From assembly GCA_963754925.1 (NCBI GenBank), contig CAVWHX010000004.1, positions 288,001 through 352,000 of the forward strand: a stretch of DNA of 64,000 nt. Direction: 5' to 3'. Both the position numbers and the translations under genes were made by a program. This DNA is from an uncultured delta proteobacterium (lineage in GTDB: Bacteria; Myxococcota; B64-G9). Under the pieces are notes generated by a model, which saw only the letters and a program-made list of their open reading frames with translations, was not told the DNA's origin and did no database searches. Shown here one piece after another: positions 30,955 to 43,666 of this stretch (the first letter of the stretch is position 1; the number at the start of each line of letters is the position of its first letter).

Positions 30955-31495
30955 GTGAATACTGATGTAGAGGTGTTATTAACTGAAAGCCAGATCCAAT
31001 CACGGGTTGCTGAACTCGGTGCGGCAATAACCCGCGACTTCAAGGGATTGAATCTTTTATTGGTCGGGGTATTGAAGGGTTCGTTTGTTTTCCTGGCTGA
31101 TCTCTGCCGGAACATAGCGTTGCCGTTGACCATAGATTTTTTTAGGATTATCGAGTTACCGCGATCGGACCACCTCTGGCCATATCAGCATTACTTCTGA
31201 CCTTACCATGGCGATCGAAGGAATGGATGTACTTGTGGTAGAGGATATTATCGATACCGGATCGAGCATGCGATACCTGCTTCTTGAACTAACCGCCCGT
31301 CGCCCGCGGAGTCTCAAGGTTTGTGCATTGCTTGAAAAACCTTCGCGGCGCACGGTGAACGTACCCATTGATTATCTGGGATTTGCAGTTCCTAATGTTT
31401 TTGTGGTTGGCTACGGTCTCGATTACCGGGGACAATACCGCAATCTCAAACAAATAGGAGTAGTTTCCACCACGGAAGGAGGACACCATGCCTGA
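30955..31495 (+). CDS. hpt: Hypoxanthine phosphoribosyltransferase; extra T in the poly-T run at ~31140
   Basis: GVLKGSFVFLADL, corrected IDFLGLSSY, VLVVEDIIDTG and FVVGYGLDY motifs. Confidence 0.93.
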
Positions 31496-32240
31496 AGGAA
31501 TAGTGGAGAGTCAAAACGCGCCACCCCGCAAGAGGGGGGGAATTAGGTTCTTCTTTGTTTTTACCGTGGTGCTTGCGCTCCTGATGGTAATAGTTTACTT
31601 GTTCAGCGTGATACATTCAAAAAAGTTTTATCTGGTGCCGGACGGCAATACCCTATTAGTCAAGAAGGGGATTATCTTTCTGTGGGGCAGCGAGATATAT
31701 AAACCAAACGATCCGAGCCAGGGTATGTTGTATGAAGCAATCGAACTCCCGCGCGAGCGACTACCGACAGGAATTCAGGAGTTCGATGATGTACCCTCAC
31801 TCAACCAAGCCTACGCCGCGATTTTGATGGATTTGGCCAACAATCTTATCCGTTCTGAAGATGATAAAAACTTCCAAAAAGGCAAGGCTCTTCTCGATCG
31901 CGCTAAACGCCTGGAGGGTCTTAACCTCAAGCTGATAAATGAGATTGATGACAACGTTACCGAAATTAATTACCTAGAAGCCAAGCGAACGTATAACGGG
32001 ATAGAAAGTATCCTCAACGAAGCCCGAAGCCGGTTCAAGAAGGCTGAGACCCTCGGAAGCGGTCGCTTTCCCGATGCGAGTAATTGGGTTCGAAAAGTCG
32101 ACAACGTGCTCGAGGTGATCCGCACCAACAAAGATACCGTGCTCCCGTCAGCCGGGCAAGCAGAGGCAACACCTGCTCCTCAAAAACCAAAACCGGACGC
32201 TAGCGGTGCAAGCATCCCTCCGGCACCGACGACCCCCTAG
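31488..32240 (+). CDS. Hypothetical single-TM protein
   Basis: GGAGG RBS, N-terminal TM segment, helical body, overlaps the hpt stop. Confidence 0.7.
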   Translation: MPEGIVESQNAPPRKRGGIRFFFVFTVVLALLMVIVYLFSVIHSKKFYLVPDGNTLLVKKGIIFLWGSEIYKPNDPSQGMLYEAIELPRERLPTGIQEFDDVPSLNQAYAAILMDLANNLIRSEDDKNFQKGKALLDRAKRLEGLNLKLINEIDDNVTEINYLEAKRTYNGIESILNEARSRFKKAETLGSGRFPDASNWVRKVDNVLEVIRTNKDTVLPSAGQAEATPAPQKPKPDASGASIPPAPTTP

Positions 32241-32269
32241 GCGAAAAAACAGCGAGGGCATCAGAAACC

Positions 32270-33790
32270 ATGTCACTGGTATCGTTTGCAAGCTACATCG
32301 AACACCAAGGGCTTTCCGCGGGGATGGCCCCGCCGTTAATTGAGGAGATTGGCCACCGTACCCGCGCCGGAGACACCTGTTTGGCGCTCCTCGATCGATT
32401 AACCCAAACCTCCACCTGGATCGTCCCAGCCCAGGTTTTAAAAATCCGCCAAGCGTTTCGAACCTATCGTGCCTTGGAGGAATATGCCCAGGGAATCGAC
32501 TGGAGCGAGCCGCTTACCACCCGCCTTCAGGCTTCGGCCATCCGTTGGGCGCAGAGAACCGGCACTGATGAAAAGCGGCGTAAGCTTCTCATGGGCGCCT
32601 ATGTGGCGCTGGTATCATCCACCCTCAAACAGGGAAGTCTCCGGGTACAGGTGCGTGACCTCTCCAATCCGAATCTCGGAGACCTCGGCGCGTTTGCCGG
32701 TCAGCGCGAGTCGTGCGACGAGATACCGCCGCACCGTTTCTTCACGGTAAGCCGCGGTGTTGCCGACGGTCTGCTCTGGATCGAGGTCGTGTTCCCCGAC
32801 GGCGCGATCGAGCGCGTCACGGAATCTCTTTCGAGCGCTTCGGTTGCAGAGGAGCTTGCCCGCGTTGCTTCAAAGGCGGTGCTCGACACGCTCTACGAAC
32901 GGGCCGAACGCGAGGTGATCATCATGGCGGCCGAGGCGCTCTACGCCCTGTTGGCGCGCCCGCCGCTTCAGGGCGCTGTAGCCGGCGTCGTTTGCGACGA
33001 GCGGCGCGTATGGGTTGCGGTCCTGGACGGCGAGGAGGCGCACGCAGCCGAAATGGGCTTGCGCGAAACCGATCGGCTTATTGGTTGGCTTCAGACACGC
33101 ACCGTGAAGCACGTCGGAGTGGCGCGGCTTTCCGGCCGTGGCTCGTATGTCGAACTAATCCAAGCGCTCAGTGGTGCCGGGGTAGCCGTCGAGCCGGTGC
33201 GCGAAGCGGGACTGATGAAACAGGCCAAGGCGTTGGCTAAACCCATCAAGCTGGCCGCGGCCGAGGTGGTGTGCCGTCGGTTGCGTGACCCGCTCCAAGG
33301 GTATGCCTTCCTTGCCGCGGATGAGCTCGGACTCGGCGAGTATCTGGAACGGGTCGATGCCGTTCGGTTGCTGAGCGCGCTCGAGGATGCGCGTCAGCTC
33401 GTAACCTGGGAGCGAGCGCACGGTAAGTCCACTCCCCAGAGCGCCCGCGGCATATCGGTAAGCCCACTGGTGCGTTCATTGGCAGACCTGCGACCGGGCA
33501 TGGAGCTCTCCGGAACCGTGGCTAATCTGACGCATTTTGGCGCGTTTGTTGAGGTTGGCCTGCCCCTGCAAGGGCTCATTCATGTTTCGGAGCTCGCCGA
33601 TCGGCACGTGGCGCACCCTGCTGAGATCGTCACGGTTGGCGAACGGGTACAGGCCCGGGTGCTGGAGGTTGATGTGAATCGCAAACGCCTTTCGCTCACG
33701 CTTCGGTCCTCTCATACCCGGCCGGGTCAAGCCTCCCGCCGCAACACCGGAACAGCAAAAAAGGCCCTTGAAGAGCTGTTTAAAAAATGA
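32270..33790 (+). CDS. Tex-like protein with a C-terminal S1 RNA-binding domain
   Basis: DLRPGMELSGTVANLTHFGAFVEVG...GLIHVSEL. Tex-like IPPHRF and RRLRDPL segments. Confidence 0.8.
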   Translation: MSLVSFASYIEHQGLSAGMAPPLIEEIGHRTRAGDTCLALLDRLTQTSTWIVPAQVLKIRQAFRTYRALEEYAQGIDWSEPLTTRLQASAIRWAQRTGTDEKRRKLLMGAYVALVSSTLKQGSLRVQVRDLSNPNLGDLGAFAGQRESCDEIPPHRFFTVSRGVADGLLWIEVVFPDGAIERVTESLSSASVAEELARVASKAVLDTLYERAEREVIIMAAEALYALLARPPLQGAVAGVVCDERRVWVAVLDGEEAHAAEMGLRETDRLIGWLQTRTVKHVGVARLSGRGSYVELIQALSGAGVAVEPVREAGLMKQAKALAKPIKLAAAEVVCRRLRDPLQGYAFLAADELGLGEYLERVDAVRLLSALEDARQLVTWERAHGKSTPQSARGISVSPLVRSLADLRPGMELSGTVANLTHFGAFVEVGLPLQGLIHVSELADRHVAHPAEIVTVGERVQARVLEVDVNRKRLSLTLRSSHTRPGQASRRNTGTAKKALEELFKK

Positions 33791-33979
33791 CTGATGACAC
33801 GGTGGGAAATGTTAGGTACCGAGATCGCGTGCTGGGCATGCCGGACCCGAAGCGTTTTATTCTTTGAAAAATAACGTTCAAATGGTAAGCAGAGATACAT
33901 TCACCGTGGAATATACCAAGTGTTACGTTTTGTTATAGATGCTATGGTATACCTAACCTATCAGAGGAGGAAACGAGAA

Positions 33980-35068
33980 ATGAAACATTGGTTAAGAATT
34001 GAGATGGTGGCGTTGTCGCTGTGTGTCGGAAGTCTGGCCCTTACGGGATGCAAGGCTGGCTCAGGGGGGTCGACGGTGGCGGGAAAAACCGGCGCCAACC
34101 CGGCTGGCTCGTCCGAGGTCGTCGCGCGCGTCGGCAACGTCGAAATCACCGTGGCTGATTTTGAATCCCAGCTTTCCCAACAAAATCCGATGTTCCGCGC
34201 CCGTTTCAACACGCCGGAACAAAAGAAGAGACTGCTTGATGGCCTCGTTGAACGTGAGGTCTTGGCGCAAGAAGCCAAACGGTTGGGATTGGAAAAAGAT
34301 CCCGAGGTGCAGGGCGCCGTCAAGCGCATCATGGCGGCCTATTTTGTCAGATCGGAGTTCAATGATAAACGCGCTAAAGATCTGACCGTCCCCGACGCCG
34401 ATATAGAAAAGTACTACCAGGATAACATCAGTCATTTCAAGGCGCCTGAGAAAGTGCGGGTACAGCAAGTTTTATACTCGGCGCCGAAAAACAATGCGGT
34501 CCTGCGAAAAAAAGCAAAGCTCCAGGCCCAAGAAGCGCTTAGACAACTACATGCCAAGCCCCAGGATCAAATACTGTTTGAAAAAATCACTCACGGGAGC
34601 GAGGCCGATAAAACCGGCAAGCCGTCCGTCGTCGACACCACCTTCAAAGAACACGATCAACTCCAACAAGAATACGGCAAGGCCTTTGCCGCTGCTGCCT
34701 TTGGTCTGAAGCAATCCAATGATCTCAGCGGCCTCATGGAAGACGAGAAAGGGTATTACTTTCTGCGCCAAGCCGGCCGCCAAGCGGCCGTCGATTACCC
34801 CCTTGATAAAGTCAAGGACCAGATCCGAACCACCCTTCTCTCCAAGGTCCGGATGGACGCCTACCAAACATTTCTCGAGGAGATGAAGCGCAAGGCTGGA
34901 GTACAAATATTCGAAAATGCGTTGGATAAAGTACAGTTCGATGCTTCCAACCAAGCGCCCCAGACCCCACCGCCCCTCGCCCCGCCATCGGCGGGCCAGC
35001 CGATCAAAGTCCAACCTGAAAACCAGCCAAAGAACCAGCCGATGGCCGGCAATAAAACCACACCTTAA
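33980..35068 (+). CDS. PpiC/PrsA-like peptidyl-prolyl isomerase lipoprotein
   Basis: Lipobox LTGC, VVARVGNVEITVADF and PEKVRVQQV. The catalytic motifs look degenerate. Confidence 0.85.
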   Translation: MKHWLRIEMVALSLCVGSLALTGCKAGSGGSTVAGKTGANPAGSSEVVARVGNVEITVADFESQLSQQNPMFRARFNTPEQKKRLLDGLVEREVLAQEAKRLGLEKDPEVQGAVKRIMAAYFVRSEFNDKRAKDLTVPDADIEKYYQDNISHFKAPEKVRVQQVLYSAPKNNAVLRKKAKLQAQEALRQLHAKPQDQILFEKITHGSEADKTGKPSVVDTTFKEHDQLQQEYGKAFAAAAFGLKQSNDLSGLMEDEKGYYFLRQAGRQAAVDYPLDKVKDQIRTTLLSKVRMDAYQTFLEEMKRKAGVQIFENALDKVQFDASNQAPQTPPPLAPPSAGQPIKVQPENQPKNQPMAGNKTTP

Positions 35069-35087
35069 ACTGAACAGAGGTACGCTC

Positions 35088-36053
35088 GTGGCGCGCAGGT
35101 ATCCTCCAGCAGGTAGAGCCGTGCTTTGGTTTTCCGGGATTGCCCTGGGTCTATGGGCGTGCCCCGGCAACAACCCAAATCGCGGCTTGGAAAAAATGCC
35201 TGTAGCGATGGTCAACGGCGAGCCGATTATGTACGAAGAATACTTCGCGGTTCTCCAGGAAACAAAAGATGCTGGCAAGGGCTTTTTTATCGACGAAGAG
35301 AGCGCCGGCCGGGCCAAGCGCAACGTGCTCGAGCAGCTGATCGATACCCGGCTCTTGCTGCAGGAGGCGCGGCGCACCGGTGTATTGGTCGATCCAAGTT
35401 TGGTCGATGCGGCGGTGATGCTCGCCACCCGTCAATATCCGCCGGGAGAATGGGAAAATATCCTCATACACAAGGGCAAAACGATAGCGCAGTATCGCAA
35501 AGAAACTTCAGAAAATCTCCTTCAGCGTAAGTTGATCGAGCAGGAGGTGCTCATGCGCCTCGCCGTCGGTCGCGATGAAATAGCGCAATATTTTTCTGCC
35601 CACCAGAAGGAGTTTGCAAAGCCCGAGGAAGTCCGAGTTCGTCAAATCGTTACCCGCACCCAAGAGGAAGCCGAACGTCTGCGTCAGGACATTCTGAAGG
35701 GCGCCTCGTTCGAGGAACTGGCCCGCCAACATTCATTGGGCCCGGAGGCGAGCGAAGGCGGCGATCTGGGGTATTTTCCGCGCGGGCGCATGCCCCCGGC
35801 GATCGAAGAAGTCTGTTTCCAGCTCGCGCCATCCCGCTGCAGCCAGGTGGTGGCTTCATCGTACGGCTTTCACCTCTTTAAGTTGGTCGACAAACGTCCG
35901 GCCCACGAGTTGACTCTTGAGGAGGCTACGGATGAAATTGAGCGGAAGCTCCTGGAGCAAAAAGGCAAGGAGGCCGAGAAGGAGTACTTAGAACATCTTC
36001 ACGCGAACGCAAAAATTGAGCGCGATCTCAAACTTCTCGATCGGATTCATTAA
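35088..36053 (+). CDS. PpiC-type peptidyl-prolyl isomerase
   Basis: VAMVNGEPI, FEELARQHS, GGDLGYF and SSYGFHL motifs. Confidence 0.9.
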   Translation: MARRYPPAGRAVLWFSGIALGLWACPGNNPNRGLEKMPVAMVNGEPIMYEEYFAVLQETKDAGKGFFIDEESAGRAKRNVLEQLIDTRLLLQEARRTGVLVDPSLVDAAVMLATRQYPPGEWENILIHKGKTIAQYRKETSENLLQRKLIEQEVLMRLAVGRDEIAQYFSAHQKEFAKPEEVRVRQIVTRTQEEAERLRQDILKGASFEELARQHSLGPEASEGGDLGYFPRGRMPPAIEEVCFQLAPSRCSQVVASSYGFHLFKLVDKRPAHELTLEEATDEIERKLLEQKGKEAEKEYLEHLHANAKIERDLKLLDRIH

Positions 36054-36132
36054 CTGTTGAAGTCCGCGCGATGCGCTCGTACGAGGTTGTTACCGTGGTT
36101 GGATGTTAGTCGCGCTGAAAGGAAGTTTCTTT

Positions 36133-37119
36133 ATGAACGTTTTCGGACAAAAGCTCTTCAACCTGGCGCTGTCTGCGGCCGTGGTTCTGTTGTGTGCGGG
36201 GGGAAGCCCCGCCGCGACCGAGGTGCTTGATCGCATTGCGGCCGTGGTGAACGGCGAGGTGCTGCTCGTGTCGGAGGTGGATCGCAGCGGAAAGATCGCG
36301 CTGGACGACATTCCCAGCTCGTTGACCGCCGATGAAAAACTTAACCGTACGACCGAAATTCGCAAGCAGGCCCTCGATACGCTGATCGATGATCTACTCA
36401 CTCGCCAGCAAGTTCGCGAGCGTAAGATTGTCGTAACCGACGAAGAAGTTGAGCAGGAACTGAAGAATCTGATGGAGTATAACAAACTCGACAAAGAGCA
36501 GCTGACTGCGGCGCTGGCGAACGAGGGCAAAACCATCGATGAGTTTCGGAAGGAACTCAAGAACCAGGTTGAGCAGCGAAAACTCTTTGGCATGGATATC
36601 CAAAGCAAGGTACAGGTCGGAGAGAAAGACATCGAGAGTTACTACCAGATGCAATACCAGAGCGGCGCTTCAAACGAGAAGATCCGCGCGAGCCACATTT
36701 TGTTTATGTTGCCAGAAAACTGCTCGCCTGAACAAGAGCAAACGGCGCGCGCCAAGGCCGAGAAGGTACTGAAGCAAATTCGATCCGGCGCGTCGTTCGC
36801 CGAGCTTGCGAAACAATACTCGGAGGATGCGAGTGGCGCGCAGGGCGGCGATCTCGGTTGGTTTCGCCGCGGGGACATGTTGCCCAACTTTGAAAAGGCC
36901 GCCTTTGCCCTCAAACCTGGCGCGGTAAGCGATGTGGTGCGGACGCGCTTTGGCCTTCACCTCATCATGGTCAACGAACGCGTCACCGAGGGAGCTCGCC
37001 CCCTGGACGAGGTGCGGGACGAAATCCGCGCGCGACTCCATCGCGAGAAGACCACCAAGGCGGTTCGGGATTGGCTTGACGAGATACGCCGCAAATCACA
37101 CATTGAAGTTAAATTATGA
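36133..37119 (+). CDS. surA: SurA-like chaperone / PPIase
   Basis: DRIAAVVNGE, RASHIL, FAELAKQYSED, GGDLGWF and TRFGLHLI motifs; directly upstream of pdxA. Confidence 0.85.
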   Translation: MNVFGQKLFNLALSAAVVLLCAGGSPAATEVLDRIAAVVNGEVLLVSEVDRSGKIALDDIPSSLTADEKLNRTTEIRKQALDTLIDDLLTRQQVRERKIVVTDEEVEQELKNLMEYNKLDKEQLTAALANEGKTIDEFRKELKNQVEQRKLFGMDIQSKVQVGEKDIESYYQMQYQSGASNEKIRASHILFMLPENCSPEQEQTARAKAEKVLKQIRSGASFAELAKQYSEDASGAQGGDLGWFRRGDMLPNFEKAAFALKPGAVSDVVRTRFGLHLIMVNERVTEGARPLDEVRDEIRARLHREKTTKAVRDWLDEIRRKSHIEVKL

Positions 37120-38081
37120 TCACCATTGGCATTAGTTTGGGCGATCCGGCCGGGGTGGGGCCGGAAGTTTTGGTCAAGGCCTTAGCTTCCCCGGCGTTGC
37201 AGGCGCGGATCAAACCAATAGTGTTCGGCGATCACGGCATCCTCGCGCGGGCCGCTTTGGCAAGCAATACGTCTATTGACTTCGAAATCCGGGCGGTAAC
37301 CCACCTGCGCCCGGCCGATTGCCCTCCCGGCCAATTCAGCGAACACGGCGGTCGCGCCCAAGTCGCCTACCTTGAGGCCGCGGCACATGCCCTTGAAGCG
37401 GGGGAGGTTAAGGCGCTGGTAACAGGACCACTCCATAAACGATCCCTCACCCTTATGCAGGCGGTGGGGCCCGGTCAAACCGAATGGCTCGCGGCGCGCT
37501 TTAACGCCCACATGCCGGTTATGATGCTAGCCGGCCCGCGTCTGAAGGTGGTGCTGGCCACCACGCACCTGCCGCTCCGGCAGGTGGCCGCTGCGCTCGA
37601 TCGGTTGCGGCTTGTTGACCTGGTCACGGTTGCGGCTGCGGATCTGAGCCGTTACTTCTGTGCAAACCCGCCTCGGTTGGCGCTTTCGGCGCTCAACCCA
37701 CATGGCGAGGAGTACGGCACGGAAGGTCAAGAAGAGCGTGAGATTCTTGCCCCGGCGGTGGCGATGCTTCGCGCAGCGGGCGTAAACATCGTCGGCCCGT
37801 TACCTGCCGACTCGCTTTTTGTGCAAGCAGTAGCCGGTGCATACGACGCCGTGGTGGCGCTCTATCACGACCAAGGTTTAGGACCGATCAAAGTGCTGCA
37901 CTTTACCGAGGCGGTCAACGTCACCTTGGGCTTAGGCCGAATCCGCACCGCGCCCGATCACGGGGTGGCCTACGACATCGCCGGGCGCGATCTGGCCGAC
38001 CCAACCAGCATGCACGCAGCTATTGCGCTTGCCGCCGACATGGCCGAACGCACGTCGCCCTCTTCATCCGAGGCACGCTAA
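37116..38081 (+). CDS. pdxA: 4-hydroxythreonine-4-phosphate dehydrogenase PdxA
   Basis: [25 protein letters not shown] and RTAPDHG motifs. Confidence 0.95.
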   Translation: MITIGISLGDPAGVGPEVLVKALASPALQARIKPIVFGDHGILARAALASNTSIDFEIRAVTHLRPADCPPGQFSEHGGRAQVAYLEAAAHALEAGEVKALVTGPLHKRSLTLMQAVGPGQTEWLAARFNAHMPVMMLAGPRLKVVLATTHLPLRQVAAALDRLRLVDLVTVAAADLSRYFCANPPRLALSALNPHGEEYGTEGQEEREILAPAVAMLRAAGVNIVGPLPADSLFVQAVAGAYDAVVALYHDQGLGPIKVLHFTEAVNVTLGLGRIRTAPDHGVAYDIAGRDLADPTSMHAAIALAADMAERTSPSSSEAR

Positions 38082-38084
38082 CCC

Positions 38085-40945
<2,861 letters not shown>

Positions 40946-40985
40946 CTAGTTCTCCATCCTGACTACCTCACGTGACCGCCCCGGG

Positions 40986-41081
40986 TGTCTGATTTTCGAA
41001 CACAAGATGTAATTTCTTCACACCCCTTAGGTTCACAACTGCCCGTTTCGACTGGTTTCAATATTTGGCTTGATATTTGCT
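40986..41081 (+). promoter_or_regulatory. Enhancer-like palindrome plus sigma54 promoter
   Basis: TGTCTGA-TTT-TCGAACA (40986-41002) and TGGC-TTGATAT-TTGCT (41066-41081). Confidence 0.55.
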
Positions 41082-41108
41082 GTTCTTTTTAATGAAAAGG
41101 GGTGACCT

Positions 41109-41297
41109 ATGATAAAAAATCCAAAGACAGATCGACTAGCGGAAACTCTCGATCAGAAGTTGGCAGATATTGCGGCCAAAACCACACAGTTAACAAAATT
41201 GTTAAGGCAGACAGAGAAGGTTTTCACTGCGGTAAACACACAATGGTCGGAACTAAAAACAAAGTTGGTAAGTTTAAATAAAAATAAGTACCGGTAA
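41109..41297 (+). CDS. Small basic coiled-coil protein (62 aa)
   Basis: AGGGGTG RBS, heptad pattern, just downstream of a sigma54 motif. Confidence 0.6.
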   Translation: MIKNPKTDRLAETLDQKLADIAAKTTQLTKLLRQTEKVFTAVNTQWSELKTKLVSLNKNKYR

Positions 41298-41371
41298 CAA
41301 AGATTCAGTCGTTCCTGTCTGTTAAGAGCAGCTTCTTTTCTTGAACCGAAAAATGTGATAGTTTTGATAAT

Positions 41372-42640
41372 ATGCGTTCGTGGATATTGACGCTTGTTCT
41401 ACTAACCCATAATTGTTGTGTTTTTGCCGTGACATTAACTGGCACGGTGACGCGGTCGGACACCGGTGCAGCGATAGCTGGGGCATTGATCCTGGTCCGC
41501 AGTACGAACGTTCTGGGTATATCCGGAGCAGACGGAACGTATACCTTGGACGTACCCTCGGGAGTCTATGGCCTAACGTGCACGGCTTCAGGTCTTAGCG
41601 GTTTCAATAGTTCGGCGGTTGACCTTTCACAAAACGTTACCCGTAACTTCAACCTCGACCCAACGGCAGCTAATACATATACTATTGCCGGCACTGCAAC
41701 ATGCGCTGGAACTCCCTGTGGAGGCATTCTGGTGTTTGTCTATTCAGGACAGACACTTTCAGCGATTGGTATAAGCGCCGATGGCACCGGTAGCTATAGC
41801 GCCGAAGGCCTCGCCGAAGGTACGTATTCACTAACTGCGGTTGCCTTTGGTTACCTGCCCCAACGCCAAGATAATTTTGTTGTTGCTGCTACGGCAACCC
41901 CGTCGTTCAATCCGGATCTGACCGCCGGGGCGCCCGAGGGGTATATCATCAAGGGGTCGGTGGGATTGGTCGACAACCCCCTCGATCGCAGCGGTTCAAC
42001 GGTAATTCTTAACGGGACAAGCCTTACTTCGACTACTTCAGCCGACGGCAGCTATACACTTTCGGGGGTACCGGCTGGGTTGCTTTCTTTCTCGGCTGCT
42101 CATACGGGTTACAATCAAGCTAATCAAATTGATGTACTGATAGAGGATAGCAATACCACCCTCAACTTTGTTTTGACTCAAGGTAGCAGGCAGACCACTC
42201 CAACCTATCGTATCAATGGAAGAATTACTTTGGAAGCAGCGGCTGACGGGACGACTCCCCCTTTGTCAAATAGCCTTTTCAGTCTCTGGACCGCTGATGA
42301 AAGCCAGCATTTCTCCACCATCACTGATGTTGATGGCTCCTATGCCATCGAGAATGTACCAGCAGGAAATTATCTAGCCGGCGCCGCACGCGAGGGTTAT
42401 GTGACACATCCTATTGGCCCCTTTGACCTAATCGCTGACCTGACATTGGAGGACATCCAACTCGCGCTCGATCCTTCTTGGGATTATGGTCCGGGCGATC
42501 ACGCCAACCTGCCCGGCTGTAGTGTTAGCTCGTCCAACGACTCGTGGTGGGTGTTCATGGTTGGCTTGTATGCGCTCTGCTATCTTCGCCGCCTCGTGCC
42601 TAAGCGGATGTTATCGATTAGTCGAGTGGTTCCGATCTGA
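41372..42640 (+). CDS. Carboxypeptidase-regulatory-like repeat surface protein with a MYXO-CTERM-like tail
   Basis: Signal peptide, four G-x-V...DGxY..VPxGxY repeats, C-terminal GCSVSS + hydrophobic helix + LRR. Confidence 0.8.
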   Translation: MRSWILTLVLLTHNCCVFAVTLTGTVTRSDTGAAIAGALILVRSTNVLGISGADGTYTLDVPSGVYGLTCTASGLSGFNSSAVDLSQNVTRNFNLDPTAANTYTIAGTATCAGTPCGGILVFVYSGQTLSAIGISADGTGSYSAEGLAEGTYSLTAVAFGYLPQRQDNFVVAATATPSFNPDLTAGAPEGYIIKGSVGLVDNPLDRSGSTVILNGTSLTSTTSADGSYTLSGVPAGLLSFSAAHTGYNQANQIDVLIEDSNTTLNFVLTQGSRQTTPTYRINGRITLEAAADGTTPPLSNSLFSLWTADESQHFSTITDVDGSYAIENVPAGNYLAGAAREGYVTHPIGPFDLIADLTLEDIQLALDPSWDYGPGDHANLPGCSVSSSNDSWWVFMVGLYALCYLRRLVPKRMLSISRVVPI

Positions 42641-43566
42641 GCGGCAACGATTAGTATGGCGTCTTTTTCCACCTGGGGAATTCGCTCGAGCGTGTTGGGG
42701 TCGCAAACCGCAACGTATTCAACGACTATGCCTTGTTCTTCGCGAAGCAAGTCAAGCACCGAGGCAGTCAGCTCGGCCGAGTCGCATTCGCCGCTTTCGC
42801 ATAGTTTTTTGGCTTTGCGCAGACCCCTGAAAAGCGCCGTTGCCTGTTGGCGTTGGGCTGGACTCAGGTAGGAATTACGCGAGCTCATCGCCAACCCATC
42901 CTCCTCACGAACCGTAGAAAAACCAACAACTTGCACATCAAGATCTAGGTCGCGCGCCATTCGCCGGATGGTGATGAGCTGTTGATAATCTTTCTCTCCG
43001 AATATTGCCACATCCGGTTTTATAATATTAAATAGCTTGGCCACTACCGTGGCCACCCCGCGGAAATGTCCTGGACGGGATGCGCCGCAAAAGTCGCGGG
43101 TCACCTCGGTAACATCTACGAACGTCTGAAAACCTTCCGGGTACATTTCACCGGCCTCTGGCAAAAATAGTATATCCACTCCTTCCCCTTGGATTTTCTT
43201 ACGATCCGCAGGCAGATCACGTGGATAGCGGTCGAGATCCTCTGAAGGACCGAACTGGGTCGGATTGACAAAAATACTTGCCACCAAGACCGACGCATAT
43301 CGATGAGCCTCGCGCATTAACGACAAATGTCCTTCATGGAGATAGCCCATGGTGGGAATCAATGCGATTTTTCGGTGCCGAGAGCGCAGTTCTTGGGAGA
43401 CCCGTTTCATTTCCTGAACCGTGCGGATCACTTTCAAGGGCTTAGAAGGTTTCTTTGAACGAGAGCGCGACCTACCTTTGACTACTACTCGAGGCGTAGC
43501 GATTTTCTTCTTGGCGGGAGATGCCATTTTTCTTCTTTTGGACTCTGCGCTTTTCTTCGACGCCAT
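42580..43566 (-). CDS. panC: Pantoate--beta-alanine ligase with a basic N-terminal extension
   Basis: PTMGYLHEGH, SIFVNPTQF, RPGHFRGVATVV, FGEKDYQQ, GLAMSSRN and RLIDN motifs. Confidence 0.97.
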   Translation of the reverse strand: MASKKSAESKRRKMASPAKKKIATPRVVVKGRSRSRSKKPSKPLKVIRTVQEMKRVSQELRSRHRKIALIPTMGYLHEGHLSLMREAHRYASVLVASIFVNPTQFGPSEDLDRYPRDLPADRKKIQGEGVDILFLPEAGEMYPEGFQTFVDVTEVTRDFCGASRPGHFRGVATVVAKLFNIIKPDVAIFGEKDYQQLITIRRMARDLDLDVQVVGFSTVREEDGLAMSSRNSYLSPAQRQQATALFRGLRKAKKLCESGECDSAELTASVLDLLREEQGIVVEYVAVCDPNTLERIPQVEKDAILIVAAQIGTTRLIDNIRLGTRRRR

Positions 43567-43666
43567 ATTAAACCCCCAAGGGTCTCTTTAGAATCCAAGC
43601 CTCACCAGATAATTACCCGAATGTCAAGGACAATCTTAGTATATTGTAAAATAATTACTTTTATGG

